DNA from: Balanoglossus misakiensis
Lineage: Eukaryota; Animalia; Hemichordata
Assembly (NCBI GenBank): GCA_040954595.2
Contig: CM082590.2
Coordinates: forward strand, 10,194,088-10,258,087
Direction: 5' to 3'
Length of the DNA stretch: 64,000 nt
The notes beneath the pieces were generated by a model. The model searched no databases. It had not been told where the DNA came from and worked only from the letters and a program-made list of their open reading frames with translations. This document shows, in pieces, positions 18,766 through 33,235 of the stretch. Every line of letters begins with the position of its first letter. Within the stretch, counting starts at the first letter, position 1. A program made the translations under genes and the position numbers.

Positions 18766-19815
18766 ACCTATCGGTCGTGTCTACCTAACCCCCGGATCAA
18801 ACTGAAGCTAGCCCTACGACAAACGCTTCAATTCTGTCTATTTCTGTTTCGGTTGTGTTATTTCATCAGAAGTGGTCGCGTGTTTAACCTTTGACCCGGA
18901 AACTAATCACTTTCATAGGGGGCGCTAGTCGGGTCACCTGAGGTCACGGACGGACCGGGCATGTGTACCATGGCTATAGGGCCAACCAGGCCTCGTAACC
19001 ATGGAAATAGACCACTTCACAAAGAGTGCAGATGACAAAAACACACAGTAACTCATGGTAAAGGAAGTTTCTACCGGAAAACCCTTTGTTAAAAGATATT
19101 AGGGCTGTTGTCGATGATTATATATGTGGAGTGACCACGCCCACTTTTACCCTGTGCTAAGCCTTTCTCCCAAAACAAGGGCTTTCCCTTTGAAGTCTTG
19201 GATATAAAGAGGAAGTGTATCGACCATATGAGATTGTCATAATTCACCTAGGTAGTTAAGGTAGATAGAATTATTATAGTTGAATCTTAGTCACTTCATA
19301 ATCGTATATAACTTGCATGTCCATACACAGTGCAGAGGGACTGTGGGCCATACAAAAACACGAACAGATGTCTGGATCTTTCACCCCTTGAGGTATTAGT
19401 ACATTATTTAGACTCAGTGTACGACGCTGATAGGCATAGCACAGAATAGCTAACATCACATTGAACACCACCCTATTTCTAGCTCTCTTTCCATGCATTT
19501 TACATTGATAAGGTAATTGATATCAACACAACTGGGTTAAGCCCCAGAATATGTATATCAAATAACTTGATGGTAGTGTACTTGTTATTAATAATCATAT
19601 TCCAGGAAAGGTCCTGTCGAATAGCCATGATCTGTTGTTTCTGGTAAACCAATCAAATATCTCTGAGTCGAATCACTGATTTTATTTATGGGCAAAGAGT
19701 TGAGATATATTAACATGTATGTATCCCGTTTCAGTACAAATGACATTGATGACAGTGTCTATATTTCACTCCAAGTACAAAAAATTTGAACTCTTCATTT
19801 CAAATCACCTTCACT
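18766..19815. promoter_or_regulatory. Divergent promoter region, MARS1 / lectin gene
   Basis: About 1 kb between head-to-head start codons. ETS-like ccggaaa near 18896 and 19074, and a GC-rich tagggggcgctag near 18917. Function is inferred from position. Confidence 0.4.
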
Positions 19816-20998
19816 ATGGCTGGCTCTGCCAAGTACGATGAGGCAAGGACCCGATCTGTGTTTGTTCATGACCAATACAAGTTCATGCTTCTTTCTTTGG
19901 CTGGTTCTTTTTTCGTGTCTGTATGTGTAGGTGCTGGATTGTACTTTCTGGAGATTAATTCCGGTAAGTACAGAATCTTAATCTTTTGAACACCACAGTT
20001 TTCACTTTCAAAACATGATTGAACAATTTTACCATTTTCACCTTTCCTTTCGACCAAGGTTTTTCATTGTGTGCAAGTCTTGATCAAATATTTGTGTTTA
20101 TTCTTTTTATTTTATTTTTGTGTTCACCTTGATATGTTATCAACAGGTAACGAGCAACGAACGATCGCAACTGGAATCAAGCCTGTCTACAAGTTTCCAA
20201 GCCAAGGATGGTCGCCAAGCATCATGTCCACGCAGCTTCCAGAAGAGCTAAAAACAACATCTGGAGCAGGTATTTTCTCTAATATTCTTTTGCTCTTCGG
20301 TTTGTTGTTTTTTTACTGTTATTTATTGCCGGTTTTTAAAACAAAGTTACTATGGACAGTTAATAGTAATAAACGTTGATTCCATCCACACACAACCAAT
20401 GCATTTGCAATACCGACTCTCTTTGATTGACAGTGCTTGAAACATTGAGGTTTTTTAACATTGAGACTAAAAACAACTTTCATCTAAGTACAGGTGACAT
20501 CATTTATTCACGCTGTAAGCACACATTGTGTCGAATGTTCCTATCTTGCCCAGGGCCATTGCTGTATTCCTGGCAGCATTAGTTCTCTTGCACCATCTGT
20601 TCAGATGTGGTCGCCAGATGCCTGTGTCAATTGACTTCTTCAAGTTTCACTTCTAGTGTCTCCAAAATATTTTGATCCAGCTCGGTCTATTTTTCTAACA
20701 ATTGTTTTCTTCTACTCAGAAACCAGTCATGACATAACTGAAGTCACTACCCATGACACAACTCAAGCCACTACCCACGACACAACTCAAGCCACTACCC
20801 ATGACACAACTCAAGCAAGCACTGCACGAACAACAATGATGTCAACAACAACACCACCAACAACAACAACGAAACCTGGCTGTAGTATATTTAACAATGG
20901 TGAGCACAATAACAGAATATATGATTATAATAAATTCCTTAACAAATTTAATGTTCGATCAGTTCTTGACATGATTGAGCACCTCTCTCTCTCTCTCT

Positions 20999-21052
<54 letters not shown>

Positions 21053-24000
21053 CTCTCTCTTTCTCTTTCTCTCTCGCTCTATTTGTCTCTTTCTGTCTCT
21101 CCTCTCTTTCTCTTTCTCTCTCTGTCTGTCTGTCTGTCTGTCTCTCCCTCCATCTCTCTCCCCTGTCTCGCACTCCCTCTCACTCTACAATTTCTCTTTC
21201 TCATCCAATAGACACACACTTGATAAATGTCGCGTTGGATAAGTATGCCTGGCAATCCAGCACCCACGACCAACACTATGCCCGCCGAGCTGTGGATGGA
21301 ATACACAACACAGATCTATTGAAGGGTTTATCATGTTCCCATACAATCACCGATCCTGTTGGAGTGAGTTGGTGGCGAGTGGACTTGGACAAGGAATACT
21401 GCATTGAACAAGTTATAATAACCAATAGACAGGACTGCTGTTGTGAGTAGAATTTTCACACATGACAAAATGAAACGATGTGATTTTGCAGTCAGTACTC
21501 GATCGCCCATCCAGTTCATACTTACGGTCAAATATACGGTGTTTACATGGCCAGTTTCAAAGACATACATTCACAAAACAATACAGCAGTGTATATTATA
21601 CAATCGCATGCTGATTTTAGTCACACTGTTCTAAGATTTTAAACGTGCATGTTTATCGTCAGCTGACCTCATCGCTGGAGCTGAAATCAAAGTTGGAAAT
21701 GACTCCAAGATGATAGAAGCTGAAGTCTGCGGAAGTGTGGACGGTGTAACAGAAGGAAGTGATGTCATAGCAGTGGACTGCAATGGCGGTGTGTACGGAC
21801 GTTTTGTACAAATTGAGAAGAGGTTACAAGAAAACAACCTTACACTTTGCGAGGTTCAGGTCATGGCAAGGGGTAAGATGAAAACACATCACTCATTTCG
21901 GTAGAAGCATCACTCACTGTTTCTATAGTAGACCATTTTCTGCACCCCACGCGAAATTAGTCAAGTCTCGCGAGATCTCACAATGAGGGGAAAATCATCT
22001 ATTTGCGGCGATGGATAGTACACAGTGAAAGTATAGAACAAGTGCCAGAAAGAGCAGTTTATATTGTGTGTTTTCATGATCTGAGATATTGATAAATAAA
22101 TGTACTAAGGGAAGATTTTCTTCAGACGGTTACACTGTTCACTCACTTTGATAAACTTGTTTTCTTTGTAGTTGAATCCATCTGTGGTGAATATTCTTGT
22201 ATTGGAGGTTCTTGTGTAGAAGACATCGATGAACACCTTGGTTACAGATGTTTATGCGATGGAGGTACGTCTTACAAAGGAGTTTGCCATTATCACTAGC
22301 CAAAACTTCACTTCCACACAACAGAGCTACATACACACAAACTTCTGGCATATTGCAATATTAAACTGCGGAATTATGAATATGACATTTCTGCACTGTA
22401 CGATACAACTCATGACCTTCCAAGAATGCCAGTTTCAATTTCTGTCCACTTATTTATAAATTCTTTGTGTCTTTTAACGTGACGACCATGGGCGCCACTG
22501 AACAGTTCTCTGGATATTGGCGCCATATAAATGTTTTTGATTGATTGATTGACCATGATTAAAGCTTTAAGTTTGATTTTTTTCTACTAGAGCAAGTAAA
22601 TGTTGCAATAGGTCGCTTGGCAACGCAGATTGCCACGCACTTGCACTATCTGCCAATGAAGTCTGTGGATGGAGACTGGAACGGATACATGTTCCAGGGA
22701 AGTTGTTCACACACTGTACCACACGTACCTAAAGCGTGGTGGAGAGTGGATTTATTTGCAATGCGTTGTGTAACAAGCATCGTCATCTACAACAGACAAG
22801 ATTGTTGCAGTAAGTACCGACAGATACAGTGCAGTCCAACACATAACATGAGTGAATATGTAAAGATTAAACCTGTGTGGAATTTAAACATGTAAATTTA
22901 AAATATACTGACATAGGCCAATGCTGACTATTGTATATTTGTGGAAGGGTATCAGTATAGGGTTTAGAAAATGTTTCTTGGATTGAGAATGGATTAAAAG
23001 CATATACTTGTCATTGACATGCATTTAAGAGCTGCATTTCGATGTGTTTCTCCTCAAATGTAATAATAATATGACACTATTAAACAAATTAATTTACAGG
23101 TAATCGAATGGCTACTGGGCAGGTGTGGGTTGGAAGGAGTTTGGGATTGGACGATTCTCAGCAGTGTGGTCAAACAGTTTCACTCCCGATATCGTATCAA
23201 GCCGTCTTTATCTTTCCTTGCCAGGAAGGAACAGTTGGTAGATATGTTACCCTCACACTTGGTGAAGATTCGACTGATGATACAATAAATATCTGTGAAG
23301 TCGAGGTCTTTGCTTCAGGTAGGTGTTTTCTATATGGATGACAGACAACGTACATGTAGTGCTGTGTGTATGTATGTATGTATGTATGTATGTATGTATA
23401 CATATTAAATATTGCTTTGTACTTTGTATTCCCAGTTGCCGCCGCTGATATGCTGCACAGATTTGTTTTTTTCAATATGGATGAAGCATTCACCTGGAAT
23501 GAAGCAAAGACAAGCTGTAATGACTTTGATGGAGGTCACCTGGCAACATTAAGAGACGTAGAAGAACATGACTATATGTATGGTTTATTACGTGGACTTA
23601 CAATGGACCAGTTTTCAGGTATGGTGTCACCAAGCCATTTTATGCAATAGAGAGAGAGAGGAGAGAGAGACAGAGAGTGAGAGAGAGAGTGAGAGAGAGA
23701 GAGAGTGAGAGAGAGAGAGAGAGTGAGAGAGAGAGAGAGGGAGAGAGAGAGAGAGACAGAGAGTGAGAGAGAGAGTGAGAGAGAGAGAGTGAGAGAGAGA
23801 GAGAGAGTGAGAGAGAGAGAGAGGGAGAGAGAGAGAGAGAGTGAGAGAGAGAGTGAGACAGAGAGAGAGAGAGAGTGAGTGAGAGAGAGAGAGAGTGAGA
23901 GAGAGAGAGAGGGAGAGAGAGAGAGAGAGAGAGTGTGAGAGAGAGAGAGAGAGAGTGAGAGAGAGAGAGGGGGAGGGAGAGAGAGAGAGGGAGAGGATGG

Positions 24001-24701
24001 GGCGAGAGAGGGAAGAAAGAGAGGATTATAAGAGAGATGCAAGAATGCATGTATTTTGTAACAATTTTGTGCAACCATACTTTTGCTTTTTTGTTTGTTC
24101 GTTACTTACCGTCGCTATGGCAGGGAATTTCAAAGTAGTAATTGCACAAAACGACATAAAAATAATTGACTTATTTATACATTCTACATCTCATCTTCAT
24201 CTGGACAGATCTGTGGTGGATTGGACCACATAAAAGTACAATCAATGATGTATGGATCAACGATGATGGATCATCTCTGGATTATAGTAACTGGCATTCA
24301 TCTTCTTCTGATGTTGATGAGGAAAACTGTGCCAGAATATCGTGAGTAGAAATCCCAACTTCGATGTAGTCTAGAATCCAGATTGGTGTGCTTGGTTTTT
24401 TGTCAAGACTTTAGTGTTCTTTTACAGTTATTTACAACATCGACAAACAACAGCAAGGAATGACATTGTTTTTAAAAATAATTTTATTACCCTCATCATC
24501 ATCATCATCAACGAGATTCTTCAGTTCCCTGTGATTAGATGGTAAACTTCAACACTGAACAGATGATGCAAATTTACCTGATATCTTCAAATTTTACAGA
24601 CAAATTTACCTGGTTCTTTCTTCAGCGTATCCGCTGGCGGAAAGTGGGTTTCCGGGTCGTGTCTTGATCACGCTTTTCCGATTTGTGAAGTGGGAAACTA
24701 A
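19816..24701 (+). CDS. Type II membrane multidomain lectin: TM - Thr-rich stalk - F-type lectin (FTP) - EGF-like - F-type lectin - C-type lectin domain
   Basis: Exons approx. 19816-19963 (hydrophobic FMLLSLAGSFFVSVCVGAGLYFL), 20147-20269, 20720-~20881 (TTHDTTQA repeats; donor uncertain), 21212-21443 plus 21663-21872 (NVAL..AWQSS..AVDG..CSHT..WWRVDL..NRQDCC..LTLCEVQV), 22172-22264 (Cys-rich EGF-like), 22591-22810 plus 23100-23318 (second FTP), and 23436-23618, 24209-24342, 24626-24701 (WNEAKTSC..GHLAT..WWIG..YSNW..ENCA..PICE). Confidence 0.85.
20982..21200. repeat. CT-rich microsatellite in lectin intron
   Basis: Imperfect (CT)n/(CTGT)n run. Confidence 0.9.
23649..24020. repeat. GA-rich microsatellite in lectin intron
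   Basis: Imperfect (GA)n with GAGT interruptions. Confidence 0.93.
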
Positions 24702-25755
24702 GTGGACTGACTGAGTCACGTCTGACATCAATGAAATCAATCGGCCTACATGACTGGTTTACTGTGTGCCAGACAGCTGTTACCATAATGAGGACATGTT
24801 ACATCACACGTCGTTCATTCAATGGTATAATCTGCTGCGAGTGACCATGTTGCATCGACGGTCTTTAACTTGAATGAGTCACTTTCTCAGAATGATTTTT
24901 GACTTTTGATTTTCATATAAATGTTATGTTGTTGTGCTTATGTAAGTACATGCAAGGTCTTTATTCGTGTACCACAGAAACAGTTGATCCCGGGACACTC
25001 AGGGTTTTCTGAAATGACTTGTTTTCCCTGACACTTGAAGCCCAAGACTTGAATAAAGAAGTCACTACCTAATTGATGAGCACAAATTTAGTTCATGGCA
25101 AACATTTAATAGACATCCTGAGAAATGTGCTCCTTGCTGGATCAGAAAGGCGAAATTTTGCCTTGGAAATCCTCAAGGCCCGAGATGTTATTTTTGGTCT
25201 GCTTTTGGGGGCCACTTCTTAGAGGTCAAAGGTCAGTTTGAAGAATGGATTCATATGCTCAACTCCAACCTAAAATTCCCAAGTTTTTCTTTGTTGTTTT
25301 GAGATCGTATTTGCAACATCTATAGTTGGGCTTTGTAATTTTCTTATAAATTTCCTTTTAATGACATTTTGGCAATTCATTTTACCAGAATTAAATATTG
25401 TACTACGAATTTCAGGCTTTCTTGATGAGCATATCAACAGAGTGAATGAATACACAGGAGACAAGTAATTTCTGAAATTAGTTTTTTTTTTATGTATTTT
25501 TCTTAAATTCTTACACAGCAGAACACAAACTAACACTTTCTGTGAGTAATATAATTTTACATTGTACAACCCTTTTCATGTAGAAATTTATTTCTCATTG
25601 GACACCAGGTGAAATTGGTCACATGCAAAAAACCTATCAAAATCTCTCTGAGGATGTACACCTCGCAGGGAGGGTGGTCATTCTTAGACAAACAACAAAC
25701 ACTCTTTCTTAGCATATCTTTTCTTCAATAACTTCGGGGTGGGAATGGGTAAATT

Positions 25756-27291
<1,536 letters not shown>

Positions 27292-27349
27292 TGTGTTTAA
27301 TTTGTGACTGCAAGCGAGGAAGAAAATAATGCCACGCACGGTGCCCCTG

Positions 27350-28196
27350 TAGCAGAAATAGACAAAATGGCGGATGCCGGTACATGAAATCGATCAACTA
27401 TTTGAAAAATAGCCTAAAACGTTATAAGTGATACAAAGACAATATTCAGGTAATAGTTAAGCTAAAAGTGAAATAGAAAAGTGCAAAGCAAACTTCCGAT
27501 GGCGTTGTTATTTTGTGATTTGTGCAGATTTCATGTTGTGTAGTCTTACCTATGTCGGTTTCTGAGTGCACGTACAGCAACGGAGGTCGATAACCACGCA
27601 TGCGTTGTGACTCGTGTAGATTTCGCCTTAGAGGGGTGAGTAAGGAGAAATGTGACATACCCCTAAGTGATGAGGACCAGTGTGTATGTACTGGGTGGGC
27701 AACTAGTGTGTGATCGATGTTAAATGTTTCACTTTGCAAGGCAAAGAAAAGTGATTGCGATGATACAGATACCTTCGTTAGATTAGGTATTTAGGTAAGT
27801 GTTAACTCCCAAAGTCCTTCGATCTCGAATGAACCTTTACGTTACGTTCATTGTTACATCTTTGTGTGTATGACCGCATCTTTGTGTATCCGATAAGCAT
27901 CTGCGTCGCATCCATTGTTGTGAATCTGGGACTCACACGCGTGTGTGTGTACTATGACAGCGACGAGGCTGTCTTTGCTAGACATGACTGATCGCTTCCA
28001 AGCGATCAAGAGTAATTCCCAGACTTGAGTGCACGTCCTAACTTTCTCCTTCGTCATCTCTTCCCAGAACCGTGCAAGAACCGACCCCGGCGTTTCTGTC
28101 AAACGGCGGGAACAACACCACAGGTACAAACCCGGAAGTGATCGCGATCGTAACATAACATGGTCTCCTTTGAATGAATCGCAGAGTTACCACGGC
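27350..28196. promoter_or_regulatory. Bidirectional promoter region, ATP5MC / JAZF1
   Basis: Start codons are head-to-head about 900 bp apart. CpG-rich, with a consensus ETS/GABP site CCGGAAGTG at 28132-28140 next to the palindrome GATCGCGATC. An acceptor near 27347 implies a non-coding ATP5MC first exon in this interval. Confidence 0.5.
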
Positions 28197-30013
28197 ATGG
28201 CAGCGTTTTACAGCAACACGTGTAGGTTTGGTGGTTGCGGTTTGACTTTTGCAACGCTGGGTGAACTCATCGAGCATATAGAAGACACACACATAGGTAA
28301 TTCTCTTTGATCTGTCTCTGTTTATATTTGTGTCTGGCAGCCATGTCGATTTCGCGTGGGGCTCAGACAAGGCTGTGCGCGCAAGCGTGTGAAATCAACA
28401 CGACGCGAATTGCATGTAGAAATATACACAACGCGTTGCGTACATCCTGTCTGTTGCCATGGCGTTACGTTGCCATGGTCTTCGTACGACAAATTTAAAC
28501 CACGAGTTACCATTCTTTGTGATCTCAATTAGACACCCGCACTATTTTGTGGTATTACTTAACAGCTGTCACTGACGTAACAGTAATATGTTGACAGGTC
28601 CACATGGACTTGTCTCGATTGCAACAAAATTTGTAGATAGTTTGCATCGATCATGCATGTATCATGTGTGTATGTTCATGACCAATTGTTCATTTATTGT
28701 CATTGTAACAGATTATGACCCACGGTACTTGGAGAAACTAGAAATCCAACAGCCAGCATATCTGTCATTGAGTTACATCATGAGGTAAGTTGCTCCTCAT
28801 CACTCTGTCGGTTACCCCCTTATTACAGTGCAGACGTCCATCTTTACCATAGAAAACAACAGGAATCGGGGTTAAGGTATTATGATGCAAGGGTAATTAA
28901 TTCCACGTGTGTGTGCAAATTCATTCACTGCAATTGGCATTTTTTTGGTTATATGCCCAATCACCAATTGTCACAACATCTCACAGCCTTCCCCTCCCAT
29001 CCATTACTAAACCATCATTCTTGGTTGCCATGGCAGATTTGTCACTGATGCAGCTCGTGAAGTGATGAGGAAGAAGAAGAACCACTCTCTGAGCAGTTCT
29101 CAAAGGAGTACAACACCAACAGGTGAGAAAACTTGAATAAATTTTCATCTTTCTCTTCTCCTTCCCATGATGGGCGGGGTTGATCGACGCCTACTGTTGT
29201 CATGGCTACAATACACTTATTGCAAATCTGGTGAACATATGTACACTGAATTCTGGTGAAAGTGGCTTGCTTCATTCCCACAATCCTGTTTAAACAAAAC
29301 ATTTAATCTTTTCATTGGCGAAATCATTAACAGGAAGTGAATTTGATGATGATGAACCATACAGCGAATCAGAGGACAGCGATGATTCGTGGACCACCCA
29401 GGAAGAATTCAGCTCCGAGTTGATACTAAGTATGATGAACACAACAGGAAGTGACGAAAAACCCTTTGCCTGCCCAGTACCAGGATGTAAAAAACGCTAC
29501 AAGAACGTCAATGGGATTAAATACCATGCGAAAAATGGACACCGTAAAGATACTAAGGTAAAATACGATCAAGTATACTTTTCGTGCTGGCCCAGTGCTA
29601 AGTAATTGCCCCTTGTTGTTTTTGAACCTTGATGTTGTAGTATGTGCTATTGTTCATGTTTTATGCTGACAATCTTATTGCCAAATCAATAATTGCTGTA
29701 ATAAAATCAAGATTGTTGCTAAACATGCTCTGTAACTTTGTCGCAGGTACGCAAAGGTTACAAATGTCGCTGTGGTAAAAGCTACAAATCCTCGCAGGGA
29801 TTGCGCCAACACCACGCCACACAGCATCCGCCACTCACGACCCCAACCGCGGTCCCCATGACAACAGTGAACACCTTGCTTGTCACCAACACGTCGTCAT
29901 TAGCAACCACAATGCTGCCCTTAACCGTGACCTCTGCCAACCCAACTCAAGCACAACCAGCCAGCAACGTGCAGGCCGCGATGCCTAGCACACCAACTGT
30001 GACCGTGCAGTGA
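28197..30013 (+). CDS. JAZF1: Juxtaposed with another zinc finger protein 1 (three C2H2 zinc fingers)
   Basis: Five exons: MAAFYSNTCRFGGCGLTFATLGELIEHIEDTHI; DYDPRYLEKLEIQQPAYLSLSYIMR; FVTDAARE..RSTTPT; GSEFDDDE..SDDSWTTQEEFSSE..EKPFACPVPGCKKRYKNVNGIKYHAKNGHR; VRKGYKCRCGKSYKSSQGLRQH. These are JAZF1-diagnostic blocks. Confidence 0.96.
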
Positions 30014-33000
30014 AAGATTTTATGAAGATATTTTAATTTATGATCATAGCTGTTATATATTTTAATATTTTTATGTGTTTTAAGTCTTGTAATCTTATGA
30101 AATCCAACATTGATTTACTATGTATGTGTCACATGTTTACACATAGATGTTGAAAATTTCTTGATCATGGTGAAGTCACTGAAATTATTCTCTGTTGCAT
30201 GTGTTTTGGCTCTCGCATATAAAGCGAAAATTTAATGCTCGCGAAAATAAAGTGTTTTACAGTATACCACAATTTTATTCTCGAGTACATAATATTATGT
30301 AGCAGCACAAAACTGTCAAAAATGCTGGAAATGTTTTATTTTTTATCGTTATTTACTGCCATGTTTAAGTCATGTGCAAAGTTTTGCTGAAAACAAAGTC
30401 CTTTTTATGTGTTTTGCATGCAGTTCAAATGTAGAGTTTAGTAGTGTAACGATGTATCTGGACCAAATCTGTGAGAACTGTTCGTATAGCTACTGGTAAT
30501 TTATCATTCTGTCGAACGACATTATGGGACAAGTCTATGTGGATAGAGGGAAATATTAACTTTGAATTCCTGAAAGCAGCAATCTGGATAGATGACCAGA
30601 ATAAGCTGGTTATTTTTGCTGATCGTAATATAATGTTATGGAAAGATTTGTGGGCAAGGAAAATTGGTGAATGGCCTATGGTATTATTGGAGCACTTTCT
30701 GACCTGTTGGACACATGCTTTGATGGACCTGTTGGACAAGATTTGAGTTCTAGTTGAGGACACAATCATTCGCTCCAAATCGCCATTGTGGGTGACTGAA
30801 TATTAATGTAGACTCAATCAAACTTTGCTGGAACCGTGCTAATGGCTTGTTGGACCACTCAAGACCTTGTTGGACCAGTCCTTAGTGATTGTTTTCTTTG
30901 AACTCTGGATAATTTTGCAAAGTGTGTGAAACACTTTTTATGTGAATGCTATTCTTTGCATGAAATGTGGTTAAGAAACCATTTTTTTTAATTCCTTGGT
31001 TTAGCTAGACTGATTAGCAGGTCTTGTGTTGTAGATATTTTCTGTAGTCAAGTCTACCACTGCCATATTTTGTAAAAAAAATTGAAATCATGATTTAACT
31101 CTTTACTTATTTTTTTAGAATATAATTTTAAAAGCACAATTTAAAAGTAGACGTTGTCATTGAAGTTCAGAAAGTAGTGTGGAATGAATTTATAATGAGA
31201 GTGATTTTGTCTTTGTGGTTTGAAAAAGTACTAATCATGATTCATTAAATGGCAAAATTTCTGTTGTTGCTGGCAAATTATGATCTTGGTTTTAGAAGAA
31301 AAAAAACTGCTCAACTTCTTTTGAATATGGTCCCAAAGAAAGGGGATGACAAAAAGAAGAATATTTCAAATTCTTGGAACACTGAATTTGTCTATTGAAA
31401 ACATTGTATGGGTCAAACCATTCTGTGAGTGGGAAAGTTTTTTCCGAGAGTACATGTACAAAATGAATTTAATTTGCAAATTGTTCCAAGATCGCAATCT
31501 CAAATATAAATTCTTGCAGAATTTCATGTAAATATGATAAGCTATGATGTGTTTTTTGGCTATATGAACTGAAAAGTTTACATCTTCCAAAATGTAAAAT
31601 TTCTGAGTCTACTGAGTTGGTGGTGTGTGAAGTGGATTAGTTTTGGCTACAAACAGTTTTGAATTGGAATTGTGTCGTAACTTGCTGATTTGCAACTTGA
31701 ATTATTGGCAATATGTGTATCATGACTTGTTATTACAGAGGCTATCATTCTTCATCATTTTTATTGCTGGAAAAATCTCAGTCTGATGGCCATTCTATTT
31801 TCCCTTTTTAATAAATGGATACTCTTGCCATGCTAGAAGTAATTGTAGATTTACTTTGTACTTGTGTGTATAGGCCATAGATAATTGAATACTTGGACAA
31901 CATGAAAGTATGTTGTAGTATTCATGTCCCAGACCATGTTTCATGGTGTAATTTATATATCATTATGTACAATCTACTTCCTACAGTGGTTCAACGTAAC
32001 TAGCAATGTTTCACATAGTGTTGTTACTCTTCCTACTCTATGTTTTTTAATATAATTCTTGTAATATGTACCAGTATGTTCTTGAAGTCTTAACTATGGA
32101 CGTTTACGTCCAGCTCTGAATAGTGTTTCTACGTTGTGTGTACTCAGATACAGTTGTCATTGTAATGAAGATATCTGTGAAATGTTTATATATACATGTA
32201 TGACTTGTAGTTGCAATCTGAATACAATATATATTGTTACCTGTCTGTCAAATAGATGGATTTCTGTGTGTAATTTATGTACACTTTTTGTCACCCCATT
32301 GCCCTTGGTTGAGTAATGGTATTAGTAACCCCAGAAATATACAAAGTGAAACAAAAGTCATCTTTGGAATTATCCTTCAACAAATATGTTCTTTCCGTGA
32401 ACTTTCTTTTCTTGAAAAAAGTGACAGTGAATGGCAAGACGGCGTGACTTGACATTTTGAGATTTTGCAAACTAACTTTATTATGTTCCGACTTCCTTGC
32501 TTCGGTCATTTCTGAGTCTGAATTCAGTAAATTACGATTTTTTTTCCACGTAAAATCCTTTCCCAGCATTCAATGCTGATCACAAGTGCGCCACCACGCG
32601 CCAGACGTGAGAACCCTGCTGGAGTAACGAAATAACCAACAAGTGGTTTGACCTCGTGCGAAAGGTTAAACATGGCATCAGAATCAGATTGCTGCTTGAA
32701 TTGAATCAACGTACGTCTGTGGCCACAAAAATGCACGCCAGTGAACTTAAACTCTGTTGCCAACAAATATAACGTCACATTATTTAGCAAATACAATAAA
32801 CTCGTGTTCATTAGTGCATCTGAAATGATATACATCATTTTTTGTGTCTTTTTGTATAACACTTGAACAGTTAAAGCTCATTGTGCTTTGGGCATTGTGC
32901 GTGTTCAAATTTGTCGCGTTTACTCATTATTTATTGGTAACATACCTCTTCACATAAACTCACATACATATACAATCGGTATATCATACAAATAAGCGAA

Positions 33001-33235
33001 TAAAATGCACGCAAGTTGCTGAAAATCTCGAGCCAGGAATTGATCAAACCCGGTACCACGTGATTTATTTGAACACGAATCTGAATACGTGGGCGGCAAG
33101 ATCGGAAGAACAACAACAACAGCACAAAAGGGTAACTTCATGAATCGAACCTAGTCTTTAACGTTATTTCGTAGAAATGCAACGCATATGTCCCCAGTGA
33201 GGAACAGACTGTATAGTGGTAGTTGTCCGGGTGAA

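Noticed and set aside
21966-21975. TCTCGCGAGA promoter-type palindrome inside a lectin intron
   Set aside because: A single motif with no other sign of an internal promoter or nested gene.
20975-24233. Ser/Leu- and Glu/Arg-repeat ORFs (also 6456-6641, 56428-57108, 62600-62959)
   Set aside because: These are translations of CT/GA microsatellites in introns or intergenic DNA.
30014-32900. ORFs at 30425-30778, 30471-30746 and others downstream of JAZF1
   Set aside because: No domain similarity or exon structure. AT-rich sequence consistent with a long 3' UTR and intergenic DNA.
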